A DNA stretch of 32,000 bases from positions 1,248,000-1,279,999 of the forward strand of contig OY843584.1 of NCBI GenBank assembly GCA_963692915.1, in the 5' to 3' direction. Each line of letters begins with the position of its first letter. Within the stretch, counting starts at the first letter, position 1. The translations under genes were made by a program, and so were the position numbers. The DNA comes from Cenarchaeum sp. (GTDB lineage Archaea > Thermoproteota > Nitrososphaeria > Nitrososphaerales > Nitrosopumilaceae). Under the pieces are notes generated by a model. It had not been told where the DNA came from, did not search any database, and saw nothing but the letters and a program-made list of their open reading frames with translations. Positions 18,652 to 27,716 of the stretch are shown here, one piece after another.

Positions 18652-18736
18652 GCGGGGGTCGCCCAGCCCGGTCAAAGGCGTAAGGTTCAGGTCCTTATCT
18701 CTTAGGAGTTCGTGGGTTCGAATCCCACCCTCCGCA
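18652..18736 (+). tRNA. tRNA-Leu (anticodon CAG); genomically encoded CCA at 18737-18739
   Basis: Acceptor GCGGGGG/CCTCCGC, anticodon stem TAAGG/CCTTA with loop TTCAGGT, extended variable arm, T arm GTGGG-TTCGAAT-CCCAC. Confidence 0.95.
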
Positions 18737-18816
18737 CCATTCTTGCAAGTTATGAGGGGTCAGTGCGCACCCTGTCGCAGGGCACGCGCGCTTGTTTTAT
18801 TACCCCACGCGCCTCG

Positions 18817-19050
18817 ATGCGGGGCATGGGAGGCGGCATGGGCACGCGCGAGCTGCTCTACAAGGGGTCGGCCATCGGGGCGATGATAACTGCGCCGTCG
18901 CTTGCCGCGTTTGCGCTCGTGTGGTGGTACACCGGCGACATGGCAGTAGCTGCCGGCGTGGCAGCCGCAGCCCATGTAGGTGCTCTCGTCATGGCCTTTA
19001 AGATTGCCAGGAAGTTCCTTGTGAAACGCACGACGCCGGAGGGTCGATAG
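18817..19050 (+). CDS. Small two-TM membrane protein, hypothetical
   Basis: MRGMGGGMGTRELLYKGSAIGAMITAPSLAAFALVWWYTGDMAVAAGVAAAAHVGALVMAFKIARKFLVKRTTPEGR. Exact start ambiguous. Confidence 0.6.
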   Translation: MRGMGGGMGTRELLYKGSAIGAMITAPSLAAFALVWWYTGDMAVAAGVAAAAHVGALVMAFKIARKFLVKRTTPEGR

Positions 19051-19055
19051 GCGCT

Positions 19056-19439
19056 ATGCGCGCACATGAGAACGTCGAGCGCATCCTCGCCAAGGAGATC
19101 GGCCTAGAGGAGATCTGCTCTCGCATGTACGTCCTGATCGCGACGCGCGGCGCAATGGATGCAGCCGGCATGGCCGGCGAGCTTGGCATCGCTGAGGCCG
19201 ACGCGCTCGAGGCGGCGAACGCGCTAGTCTCGCTAGGCGGCTTTATTGACTATGATAACGGCAGGTTTGAGTCGATGCACCCGCGCTTCTCGATCGTAAA
19301 CATGTACAGAAAGTCATGCATCGCGCGCGGGCAGGAGCCAACGCAAAACAAGACCATCGACAATGCCGGCGCTGCCCTAGAGAGGGACTATGACCATGCA
19401 AGGGCTAAATATGGCGCACGTGGGGGCGAGGCACAGTGA
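19056..19439 (+). CDS. Hypothetical protein, possibly helix-turn-helix-like
   Basis: 127 aa, helical N-terminal half (ILAKEIGLEEICSRMYVLIATRGAMDAAGMAGELGIAEADALEAANALVSLGGFID); operon-like overlap with next gene. Confidence 0.65.
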   Translation: MRAHENVERILAKEIGLEEICSRMYVLIATRGAMDAAGMAGELGIAEADALEAANALVSLGGFIDYDNGRFESMHPRFSIVNMYRKSCIARGQEPTQNKTIDNAGAALERDYDHARAKYGARGGEAQ

Positions 19440-19852
19440 GCGGCGAGGCAAGATGCAAGCACCAGCCCGTCTACTATGGCGTGATAAACATCAATGTTGA
19501 TGAGCGCACGATAGGCTCCGTTGACGTGTGGCACTGCCCTGCGTGCAAGGAGCGCTTTTGCGAGGAAAAGCAGCTTGGAATCGAGTCGATATCAGACGAG
19601 ATCGGCATGCCCGAGCTTGGCAGTGGAGAGCGCTGGGCAGTCATAGTCTGCAAGCTCCAAAAGGGGCGTGACAAGTGGCGCCTCGCACGCCTCGCCGAGT
19701 CCGGCCACGTCGGCCACGAGTGCCTCGGCGAAAAGTCCGTGAACCTTGGCGTGCGCGGCCACGTAATCGATGACGATCACCACTGGAGCTTTTTGGTCGA
19801 TGATCACGTCAACAAGGCCGTCGAGATATCAGGCGGGGGTCTTGGATCTTAG
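19436..19852 (+). CDS. Hypothetical protein with a CxxC zinc-finger-like motif
   Basis: Overlaps previous gene by 4 nt. Contains VWHCPACKERFCEEKQ. Confidence 0.6.
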   Translation: MSGEARCKHQPVYYGVININVDERTIGSVDVWHCPACKERFCEEKQLGIESISDEIGMPELGSGERWAVIVCKLQKGRDKWRLARLAESGHVGHECLGEKSVNLGVRGHVIDDDHHWSFLVDDHVNKAVEISGGGLGS

Positions 19853-19883
19853 TGCCCACGTCGACTCTGTCGACGGCACGCAG

Positions 19884-20123
19884 ATGGCCGCAAAGATAAC
19901 GGGCACGTTTGAGCTCGGCGGTGTGACGTACGCGTTTGGCGCAATCGCGTTTGGCAGGATCGGTGGACAGAACATCGGTGCGCAACTTGATGAGGCGACG
20001 CAGGACTCGCTTCGCGCCGCAGGCCACGACCCCGAAGAGGTCGCCATGGAGCTCCAGCGCGCCCTCCTGCAGGGTGACATGAGCATACCGGACAATCTCA
20101 AAAAAGAGTCGTTTCTAGACTAG
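19884..20123 (+). CDS. Hypothetical protein
   Basis: [83 protein letters not shown] at 19842 would be an alternative start; track start is 19770. Confidence 0.55.
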   Translation: MAAKITGTFELGGVTYAFGAIAFGRIGGQNIGAQLDEATQDSLRAAGHDPEEVAMELQRALLQGDMSIPDNLKKESFLD

Positions 20124-20908
20124 AGCGAGGCCGCATCGAGGGCTGCGGCGCACGCGCATGAGGGCTTGGCCGGAACGGCGCGCACGATCTCGGCGAGCAT
20201 CGCGCGCATTGCTGATGCATTAGAGGAGACGACGCGGCCCACCTCGTCGGCGCTCACGGGTCGGTCGGCCCAGACGTCATAGTCTGTGACCATCGAGACG
20301 GACACGTAGCACATGCGAGCCTCGCGCGCGAGCTGGCACTCGGGAACGAGTGTCATGCCGATAACGTGCGCGCCGCATGAGCGAAAGAGCGATGACTCGG
20401 CGCGCGTCGAAAAGCGCGGACCCTCTATGCAGACATATGTCGCATCCTTGTGCAGTGTCGGGCCGCCTGCCGATGCGGCAGCAGTCGCGCACTCTTGGAG
20501 CTCGGGGCAGAAGGGGTCGGCGACGGATATGTGAATGACGCGTCCAATGTCAGAAAAGGAGCCTGCGCGCGTGCGCGTAAAGTCGATAAACTGCGTCGGC
20601 AGCGCAAAGTCGCCCGGCTTTAGCTCCTCGCGCAGGCTACCGACTGCCGAGGGCGCAATGACCCGGCTCACGCCGAGCTGGCGTAGCGCGTCAATGTTTG
20701 CGCGATAGTTTATCATGTGCGGAGGAATGCTGTGGGACTTGCCGTGGCGCGGGAGGAATGCCGTGCGTCTGCCTGAGAACGTGCCGATGGTTATGGGGCT
20801 CGACGTCTTCCCATAGGGCGTAGTGGGTTCAACCTCAATGGTGTCCTCGATCATCGAGGCATCATACATTCCAGTGCCTCCAATGATCGCAATCTCGGCG
20901 GACTCCAC
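20120..20908 (-). CDS. mtnP: S-methyl-5'-thioadenosine phosphorylase
   Basis: [70 protein letters not shown]. Confidence 0.93.
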   Translation of the reverse strand: MESAEIAIIGGTGMYDASMIEDTIEVEPTTPYGKTSSPITIGTFSGRRTAFLPRHGKSHSIPPHMINYRANIDALRQLGVSRVIAPSAVGSLREELKPGDFALPTQFIDFTRTRAGSFSDIGRVIHISVADPFCPELQECATAAASAGGPTLHKDATYVCIEGPRFSTRAESSLFRSCGAHVIGMTLVPECQLAREARMCYVSVSMVTDYDVWADRPVSADEVGRVVSSNASAMRAMLAEIVRAVPAKPSCACAAALDAASL

Positions 20909-21420
20909 TAGTAGCGCACCAGCACGTTGACGTCGTACTTTGATATCTTTTTCATTCCTTCAAGGTCGGCAAGCTCAATGATGATCGCAAATCCAGCAAC
21001 ACGTCCACCCAGCTTTTCAACGAGGCTTGCAGCCGCTGCTGCCGTGCCGCCTGTTGCGAGAAGGTCATCGCATATAAGGACACGGTCGCCTTTTTTGAGC
21101 GCATTGGTCTGCATCTCCATCTTGTCACGGCCGTACTCGATCTCGTATGAGGCGCTCTTTGTCTTGCCCGGCAGCTTGCCGGCCTTGCGGACCATGACGA
21201 TGCCCTTGCCCATGCGTGATGCTACTGCCGTCGCGACAGGGAACCCGCGAGCCTCGATTCCGGCAACGACGTCGATGTTTCGCGCATTAAAGTGTGCGGC
21301 AAACCCATCGACGGCAAGCGAGAGGGCGTGCGGGTCGCGGAGTAGCGGACCATAGTCGCGAAAGAGTATGCCCTTCTTTGGAAAGTTGGGGTACGAGTCT
21401 ATGCGGTCCTGCAGGTGCAA
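20908..21420 (-). CDS. apt: Adenine phosphoribosyltransferase
   Basis: [53 protein letters not shown] start with TTTTTAC element about 30 nt upstream. Confidence 0.93.
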   Translation of the reverse strand: MHLQDRIDSYPNFPKKGILFRDYGPLLRDPHALSLAVDGFAAHFNARNIDVVAGIEARGFPVATAVASRMGKGIVMVRKAGKLPGKTKSASYEIEYGRDKMEMQTNALKKGDRVLICDDLLATGGTAAAAASLVEKLGGRVAGFAIIIELADLEGMKKISKYDVNVLVRY

Positions 21421-21671
21421 CGCGCACGGCTCGAGCCCACCCCGTAAAAACAGTTTGCCGCCCGTGCCCGTCCTGGACGTGCGTGACCCGAGGGGTCATG
21501 CGACAGGCGATCTCGTGCGGAAGACGGCAGCAGGCCAAAATGCCCCCTGGGCGACACGCGGATTGGCTTGGGCTCTAGTCATGGGCACACCCCCCGCTGA
21601 CGTGGCAGGCAGTCAGCGCAGGCGCAGGCACACCAAAAAAACTATAAGGCCTCATATTGGCCACGGCGCGC

Positions 21672-21980
21672 ATGGGCAGAGTTGTCGTAGGCAAAGCATC
21701 CGAGATTCCTCCCGGCGCCCTCAAAAAGGTGCCTGCCGAGGGCGGCGACATTGTCGTGGCCAATGTTGATGGCACGCTCTGTGCGATGGCCGACAAGTGC
21801 ACGCACGCCGGCGCGAGCCTCTCAGAAGGCAAGATAGATGGGGCCAACGTCGTGTGCGGCTGGCATGGCGCGCAGTTCGAGTGCGCCAGCGGCCGCCTCG
21901 CAAAGTTTCCCGCAAAGGTCGCCGACCTAAAGTCGTATCGCGTTTCAGTCGACGGCGATGACGTCGTCGTGGAGGTGTGA
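21672..21980 (+). CDS. Rieske [2Fe-2S] domain protein
   Basis: CTHAGASLSEG...CGWHGAQFE cluster-binding motifs; ACTATAAGG upstream. Confidence 0.92.
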   Translation: MGRVVVGKASEIPPGALKKVPAEGGDIVVANVDGTLCAMADKCTHAGASLSEGKIDGANVVCGWHGAQFECASGRLAKFPAKVADLKSYRVSVDGDDVVVEV

Positions 21981-21983
21981 CCC

Positions 21984-22253
21984 ATGGCGACAAAGGAGCA
22001 GAACGAGGAATCGCTAAAGAGCGCACTCACGACACTAAGCTCCGTAATGTCTGACCAGTCGGCGCCAAAGACCGTAAAGAAGGGAATATCAGAGCTCGTC
22101 ACCGGTCTAAAGGGCAGTGAGGGCTCGCTTGCGGTTCGTGCGGCAAACGCAATAAGCGCACTTGATGATATTACGCAGGATCCAAACATGCCCTCACATG
22201 TCCGGACAAGGCTCTGGCAGGCAGTCTCGGTCCTAGAGGCCATAAGGGAGTAG
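21984..22253 (+). CDS. UPF0147 family protein
   Basis: SVMSDQSAPKTVKKGI...RAANAISALDDITQDPNMPSHVRTRLWQAVSVLE. Confidence 0.88.
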   Translation: MATKEQNEESLKSALTTLSSVMSDQSAPKTVKKGISELVTGLKGSEGSLAVRAANAISALDDITQDPNMPSHVRTRLWQAVSVLEAIRE

Positions 22254-22273
22254 GCCCTGCCGGCAGTGCCGCC

Positions 22274-23056
22274 TTGAAGATCGAGGAGTACATCTCAACG
22301 CTTCCGTCCGGAATAGTCTCAGGCGATGACGTGCAGGCTCCGCCTCATGCGCTTCGCAGGATGCTAACGCTAGCCGGCGCGCGGCGCGGAGACACTGTGA
22401 TGCACCTCGGGTGCGGCGACGGGGCTGGCCTCAGGATTGCGCTCGAGGAGTTTGACGTGGACGCAGCTATCGGCGTCGAGATTGACGCCAAAAAGGCCGA
22501 TGCGGCACGCGCGTCCCTAGAATCGGTTCGCGGCAGGTCTGAGGTCCTATGCGGTGACGCAGTGGGCACAGACGTCTCGCGCGCCGACATTGTCCTCTTT
22601 TGGTTTGCCGACGAGCGCATAGTCGAGGGCCTGCGCGACACGCTCTCCTCGCTGCGCAAGGGCGCGCGCGTCGTGAGCGTGTGGGGCCCGCCGGCCGGAT
22701 GCATGCCCGAGCGCGTCGACTTTCCCTTTGTCCTCAGCGTAACGCCGTTCTGCGAGGCGCGAAGCGTGCGCGAGCAGCTCCTAGCGGTTCTAGGCGTGCG
22801 GTGCGTCGACTTTGTCACGGCATGGGAGTACTCGGAGCGCTATACGCGCGCAATAGGGCCTGACGGCAACGAGGGCAACAGGTTTCTCACGATGATGCAG
22901 GCAGTCACGATGTGGATAAGCGCGAAGAACCTCGGTGTGTCATGCACTGCAGAGATGCCCGAGTCGATACGCACGTACATCGGCATACTGCGGACGTACT
23001 TTGGCATAGAAGTCGAGCACCTCCTCGACGCCGACGCGGGCACTAGGAGCCAATGA
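22274..23056 (+). CDS. SAM-dependent methyltransferase, Dot1/aKMT-like N-terminal domain with extra C-terminal domain
   Basis: MLTLAGARRGDTVMHLGCGDGAGLRIALEEFDVDAAIGVEIDAKKADAARASLE...VSRADIVLFWFADERIVEGLRDTLSSLRKGARVVSVW. Confidence 0.8.
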   Translation: MKIEEYISTLPSGIVSGDDVQAPPHALRRMLTLAGARRGDTVMHLGCGDGAGLRIALEEFDVDAAIGVEIDAKKADAARASLESVRGRSEVLCGDAVGTDVSRADIVLFWFADERIVEGLRDTLSSLRKGARVVSVWGPPAGCMPERVDFPFVLSVTPFCEARSVREQLLAVLGVRCVDFVTAWEYSERYTRAIGPDGNEGNRFLTMMQAVTMWISAKNLGVSCTAEMPESIRTYIGILRTYFGIEVEHLLDADAGTRSQ

Positions 23057-23564
23057 CGTGCTTGGAGTCCGCAGAGGGCACTATGCGCCGCTGCGCGCCG
23101 GCAAACTCGGCGTTGAGCTCCTCGCCGCGTTGCACGCGATCAAGAAATACTGCGAGTGCTGCAATCTCAGAGTGCGGCTGCGCGCCGACTGCGACGTTAT
23201 AGTCGGCCGCATCATAGACCTCGCGCGGAACCTTGCCGGCTCCGATGACTATGAGTATTGCCGTCTCGGAGGCTATCTCGGCTACTGCGTCATCGACGCG
23301 CCTACCGTACATTGTCAGGTGTACTATGCGCTCGCCGCGCGATGGCGCATCGGACAGAACCTTGCGCCACGACGGGGTCGGCACTACCTCAAACTCTCCG
23401 CCCCACGAGCGCACAACATCCTCGAGCGTGCGCGGTATCGAGTCGTCAATGTCGCTCATGTATATGCGCCCCGCGCCAAACGCGCGCGCGACTAGGGCCG
23501 CATGCGTCGTGACGCGGTCATCACGCACGAGCCGCTCGCCGATTCGCAGTACGCTTATCTTCAC
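23043..23564 (-). CDS. trm56: Archaeal tRNA (cytidine(56)-2'-O)-methyltransferase
   Basis: RVTTHAALVARAFGAGRIYMSD, IVHLTMYG, LIVIGAGKVPREVYDAADYNVAVGAQPHSEIAALAVFLDR. Confidence 0.9.
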   Translation of the reverse strand: MKISVLRIGERLVRDDRVTTHAALVARAFGAGRIYMSDIDDSIPRTLEDVVRSWGGEFEVVPTPSWRKVLSDAPSRGERIVHLTMYGRRVDDAVAEIASETAILIVIGAGKVPREVYDAADYNVAVGAQPHSEIAALAVFLDRVQRGEELNAEFAGAQRRIVPSADSKHVIGS

Positions 23565-24655
23565 GACGCGCCACGTCCCATGACGTCACCGAGGGCCACG
23601 CCGAGCTCGCCGAGCCCGTCATGCGAGAGCGCCGAGACGCGAACCGCCCTTGCGTCCTCGAGTCCGAGGGCCACCTCGAGATCGCCGAGCGTGTCATCAT
23701 CGACAAGGTCGGTCTTGTTTAGCGCGACGACCACTCGCGCCGGCTGCACGTCGAGCTCGCCGAGCGTGCGCCGGCATGTTGAGAGCTTGGAGACTGCCAG
23801 GTCTACGGGATCGCTAGCATCAACGACGAGTATGATCGCGTCTGCATGCGTCATCTCCTCGAGGGTAGACCTGAACGCCTCGATCATGTACGTGGGCAGC
23901 TCGCTGATAAAGCCAACCGTGTCCGAGACGAGGTGGGCCGCCCCGTTGATCTCGGCGCGACGAACCGTCGTGGAGAGCGTCGTGAACGGCTCATCGCTAC
24001 GCAGGCGATCCTCACCGGTCAGCGCGTTAAAGAGCGTCGTCTTGCCGGCTGACGTGTATCCGGCAAGTGATATGGTGCGCAGGCCGAGGCGCTCGCGCGA
24101 CCTTCGGTGGAGCTCGCGTCGGCGTGCTGCACCGCGCAGGCGGGCACGAACCGACTCCATCCTGTGTCGTATGTCATCATAGTACACGTCAACCCCAAAC
24201 TTGCCGATTCCCATGAATCCGGGCTGCTCGCCCATCCTCGCTAGGCGCACGCTCTCCCTTGCGCGCGACATCTCGTAGCGCATCTGCGCAAGTTTCACCT
24301 GCAGGCGAGACTCGTCACTTGACGCACGGAGGCCAAATATCTCCAGTATGAGCGCCTCACGGTCAAGTATGCTCGAGTGAAGGCGCGAGGCGAGGTTGTA
24401 GTTCTGGCTCGGTTTTAGGAGCTCGTCGAGCACGATGACATCAGGGCTCAGGCGGGCGGCGGCCTCCTCGAGGCGCTCGACTGTGCCCTCGCCTATCCCG
24501 TACTTGGCGCGGCGCGTCGGGCCGCGCTGTATCGTCGTGGCCACGCGGTATCCGGCCGCCTCGCACAGGGAGACGGCCTCCTCGGCCCCGTCACCGTGCG
24601 GGCGCGTGACTAGTATCGCAGACCTCTCGTCCATCGTGCCGGCCCGCAGCCCCAC
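23561..24655 (-). CDS. hflX: GTPase HflX
   Basis: YGIGEGTVERL, P-loop GYTSAGKTTLFN, FTTLSTTVRR, LVSDTVGFISELP, LNKTDLV. GTG start, or internal ATG (MDERSAIL). Confidence 0.93.
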   Translation of the reverse strand: MGLRAGTMDERSAILVTRPHGDGAEEAVSLCEAAGYRVATTIQRGPTRRAKYGIGEGTVERLEEAAARLSPDVIVLDELLKPSQNYNLASRLHSSILDREALILEIFGLRASSDESRLQVKLAQMRYEMSRARESVRLARMGEQPGFMGIGKFGVDVYYDDIRHRMESVRARLRGAARRRELHRRSRERLGLRTISLAGYTSAGKTTLFNALTGEDRLRSDEPFTTLSTTVRRAEINGAAHLVSDTVGFISELPTYMIEAFRSTLEEMTHADAIILVVDASDPVDLAVSKLSTCRRTLGELDVQPARVVVALNKTDLVDDDTLGDLEVALGLEDARAVRVSALSHDGLGELGVALGDVMGRGAS

Positions 24656-25702
24656 CTAGGCGCCCCCAAGCGAGGTGGCCTTTTCGATGTTCATGTTGAG
24701 AACCGTCTCGGCGATGTCACCGGCGTACTCGGAGACGCGCCGAATGTCCTCGGCAACCCTCCTTGCGCGATAGCCCTCCTCGGTGCGCCCGCGCCGCGTC
24801 AGCTCGAGAACCTCCTTTTCGAGCTGCACGAGTCCGGTCGTGTCGACTGTCTGCTCGGCGAGCGCATAGTTGCCAGTAAAGAGTGCCGTGCACGCGTCAT
24901 CTAGTGCCGAGGAGGCATGCTCGGCCATCGCGCCAAGCTTGGCTGAGAGTGTCGCGCCGATCGCCGACTTGAACTCTAGTGGGTCGCGCGCAATGGCGAC
25001 TGCGTGGTCGCCGGATCGCTCGACGCACTTTACGACAAGGCGGTAGTCGAGGCAGTTGGGCGCGTTGCCTATCCCGAGGTCTCCTAGAACGCCCTCGTCA
25101 TCGACTGCGATCTTTAGCTGCCGTATTATGTAGAATCCAAACCGGTCGACCTCATCATCGGCGCTGATGACCTCGCGCGCAAGTGTTGCGTCATGGGACG
25201 CAACGGCGCTCACGGCGTCAGCTAGCATCGACTTTGAGAGGTGGAGCATGCGCTTGAACGCGCCATTGACCGAGAGAGCAACTGTGTTTACCAGGATCTG
25301 TATCGTGATCCCGTTGCGCGAGTCCGAGATGATCTCGGCACCGACTAGCCTGCGCCGAACTGTGTCCTTTACGGCCGTGCGCTGCGATGGCCCAAAGGCC
25401 GCCGTCCCGCGCACGACGTGTATTATCGCATATCCGCGCAGGTACAGCGAGATGACCTTGCGCACGATCGACGGCGGTGAGGAGCCCTTTTCAACGCTGA
25501 CGGTGACCTCTGATGCGCCGGCGCCGGCCGAGCCGACGGCCCGCTCGTGGGGGAGTGACACGCGCATTGATGATGCCCCCTGCTTTGTGATGACGACCTG
25601 ATCGCCGCTCTTTATGCCCATCTCCTCGGCCCACTGCTTTGGAAGCGAGACGATGTACGACGAGTTTCCCGTAAATTGGATCTTGCGCGTCTCGCCCTTC
25701 AT
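24656..25702 (-). CDS. PhoU-like phosphate uptake regulator with N-terminal AbrB/SpoVT-like DNA-binding domain
   Basis: MKGETRKIQFTGNSSYIVSLPKQWAEEMGIKSGDQVVITKQG followed by helical PhoU-like repeats. Start moved from track 25840; TATA about 27 nt upstream. Confidence 0.87.
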   Translation of the reverse strand: MKGETRKIQFTGNSSYIVSLPKQWAEEMGIKSGDQVVITKQGASSMRVSLPHERAVGSAGAGASEVTVSVEKGSSPPSIVRKVISLYLRGYAIIHVVRGTAAFGPSQRTAVKDTVRRRLVGAEIISDSRNGITIQILVNTVALSVNGAFKRMLHLSKSMLADAVSAVASHDATLAREVISADDEVDRFGFYIIRQLKIAVDDEGVLGDLGIGNAPNCLDYRLVVKCVERSGDHAVAIARDPLEFKSAIGATLSAKLGAMAEHASSALDDACTALFTGNYALAEQTVDTTGLVQLEKEVLELTRRGRTEEGYRARRVAEDIRRVSEYAGDIAETVLNMNIEKATSLGGA

Positions 25703-25722
25703 CAGGTATATAGGCAGACAGC

Positions 25723-25736
25723 ACTCTATATAGAGT
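25723..25736 (-). promoter_or_regulatory. 14-bp perfect palindrome containing the TATA element of the phoU-like gene
   Basis: ACTCTATATAGAGT, centred about 27 nt upstream of the start codon at 25702. Confidence 0.7.
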
Positions 25737-25853
25737 TTCGAGGAATGGTCAGGGCTCGGCGCGGCTGCGCGCAGGAGATGCTTAATAGCCGGACCGGCTC
25801 GTCTTGTGGTCATTGGCGGTGTGCTTTGTGGCAGTGTCACGTGGTGAGGGCGC

Positions 25854-26744
25854 GTGCGCTACCTAGGCATCTCGCACAAAAAGGGCGTGCGCGCAAGGAC
25901 GGTCAGGATTCGCGCCGCGGGGGAGACTGCCGAGAGCGTGGCGTACACGGGCGATGCGAAAAACCTGCTTGCAATGATCCCTGACAGGTCCATCAAGCTC
26001 ATAGTCACATCACCACCGTACAATCTCGGAAAGGCCTATGAGAAGAGGAGGAGCATCGGGGACTATGTCGCAGGCCAGGAGGCGATGATAGCTGCGTGCG
26101 CCAAAAAGCTTCGACCAAGCGGATCCATCTGCTGGCAGACGGGAAATTATGTAAAGGACGGGCAGATAGAGCCGCTTGACATACTCCTCTATCCGATCTT
26201 TAGGCGGCTTGGGCTGAGGCTTCGGAACCGCATAGTCTGGCACTTTGGCCATGGCCTCCACTGCTCAAAGCGCCTCTCTGGCCGATACGAGACGATACTC
26301 TGGTTCACAAAGACTGACAAGTACACGTTCAGCCTAAACCCCATTCGCGTGCCGGCCAAATACCCCGGCAAAAAGTACATTCACGGAAGCCGCAGAGGCG
26401 AGCTCTCATGCAACCCGCTGGGGAAAAACCCCACTGATGTCTGGGAGATTCCAAACGTAAAGCACAACCACTGCGAAAAGACTGCCCATCCGGCACAGTT
26501 TCCCGTCGAGCTCGTCGAGCGCCTCGTCCTGTCAATGACGAGGAGGGGCGACTATGTCCTCGATCCCTATATGGGTTCAGGCTCGACGGCAGTGGCCGCG
26601 CTAAAGCACGGGAGGAGCTGCGTGGGTGCCGAGATGGACGCAGAATATTCTGCCATATGGCAGGAGAGGATCAGGCTCTTGGAGCGCGGCGAGCTTGCAA
26701 CGAGGCCAATGGGTCGCCCCATATACGGAACCGTCGCGCAATGA
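25854..26744 (+). CDS. Site-specific DNA methyltransferase (beta-class motif order)
   Basis: TSPPYNLGKAYEKRRS...KTAHPAQFPVELVERLVLSMT...DPYMGSGSTAVAALKHGR; GTG start. Confidence 0.9.
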   Translation: MRYLGISHKKGVRARTVRIRAAGETAESVAYTGDAKNLLAMIPDRSIKLIVTSPPYNLGKAYEKRRSIGDYVAGQEAMIAACAKKLRPSGSICWQTGNYVKDGQIEPLDILLYPIFRRLGLRLRNRIVWHFGHGLHCSKRLSGRYETILWFTKTDKYTFSLNPIRVPAKYPGKKYIHGSRRGELSCNPLGKNPTDVWEIPNVKHNHCEKTAHPAQFPVELVERLVLSMTRRGDYVLDPYMGSGSTAVAALKHGRSCVGAEMDAEYSAIWQERIRLLERGELATRPMGRPIYGTVAQ

Positions 26745-26753
26745 GCCAGCTCG

Positions 26754-27716
26754 TCATGCCGAGAGATGGCGCCATCCCGAGTTGCGGATCGCAATGTTGC
26801 CCGAGTGGCCTGTTGCGCGCACCCCACGGCCGCGCGTGACGCGGCCTATCTCCAGCAAGTCGATACCAAGACCCGCGGCGCGCCGGCGCAGAGCCGCGCG
26901 CGATGACTGCCGGCACGTAAAGACCGTCTCGTACTCTTCGCCGCCATAGAGCACGAGATCCATTGCATCAAGGCCGTTTCGTGCCGCAAACTCGTCCACT
27001 CCGGCGCCGATGGGCAGCGCGTCGATCTCGAGTCCAACGCGACTCTGCGAGGCGATCTCCCAGAGCGTCGCCGCGAGGCCGTCACTAGAGTCCATCGAGG
27101 ACGTGAACGCCGGCGCGCTGCGCACGCAGAACTCTAGCGGCGGTGTTGGGCGCGCAAGTGCCCTGCGCGCCCTGGCCATAAAGCGCGCAGGGCCGACGAG
27201 GCACCGGCGCGACATCGCCACGACGAGACCCGCTGCAGCGTATCCAAAGGGACCGGTGACCATGACTGCATCACCTGCGCGCGCGCCGCCCCTGCGCGGG
27301 GGGCGTGCTGACGCATCACCTAGCATGCATACCGTGATCGACTCGTCAGCTCCCTCGTTCGTGTCACCGCCGATGACCGAGACGCCAAACTCGGCGGCCG
27401 CCGTGGCCAGGCCCGAGGCGAGCTGCCTCACGCGGGCGCGCGGCGTGGCCGGCCGCAGCGTGACTGAGGCCAGGGCCAGGCGTGGCCTCACCCCCTTTGC
27501 GGCAAAGTCGCTCACGCACGAGACGACTGACTTTCTTGCCGCCTCGCGCGCCGTCATGCCCTGTGGCACGTCCGTGCTGGCAACTAGCGTGTCGACCTTT
27601 GCTGCCAGGCGCGCACCGCCCAGGCGCAAGAGCTCGATGTCATCGCCGCTGCCGCCCAGCGCGAGCGCTCGCCGAAACTCGGCTATGACGCCGGCCTCAT
27701 CAGGAGCCCTGCGCAT
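26754..27716 (-). CDS. thiL: Thiamine-monophosphate kinase
   Basis: GSGDDIELL-like N-term, VVSCVSDFAAKGVRPRLALAS, VIGGDTNEG, VMVTGPFG, MDSSDGLAATLWEIA, LYGGEEYETVFT. Start MRRAPDEAG preferred over track 27998. Confidence 0.87.
   Translation of the reverse strand: MRRAPDEAGVIAEFRRALALGGSGDDIELLRLGGARLAAKVDTLVASTDVPQGMTAREAARKSVVSCVSDFAAKGVRPRLALASVTLRPATPRARVRQLASGLATAAAEFGVSVIGGDTNEGADESITVCMLGDASARPPRRGGARAGDAVMVTGPFGYAAAGLVVAMSRRCLVGPARFMARARRALARPTPPLEFCVRSAPAFTSSMDSSDGLAATLWEIASQSRVGLEIDALPIGAGVDEFAARNGLDAMDLVLYGGEEYETVFTCRQSSRAALRRRAAGLGIDLLEIGRVTRGRGVRATGHSGNIAIRNSGWRHLSA

Noticed and set aside
23502-24182. 226-aa plus-strand ORF
   Set aside because: Antisense to hflX; Ser/Arg-rich shadow frame.
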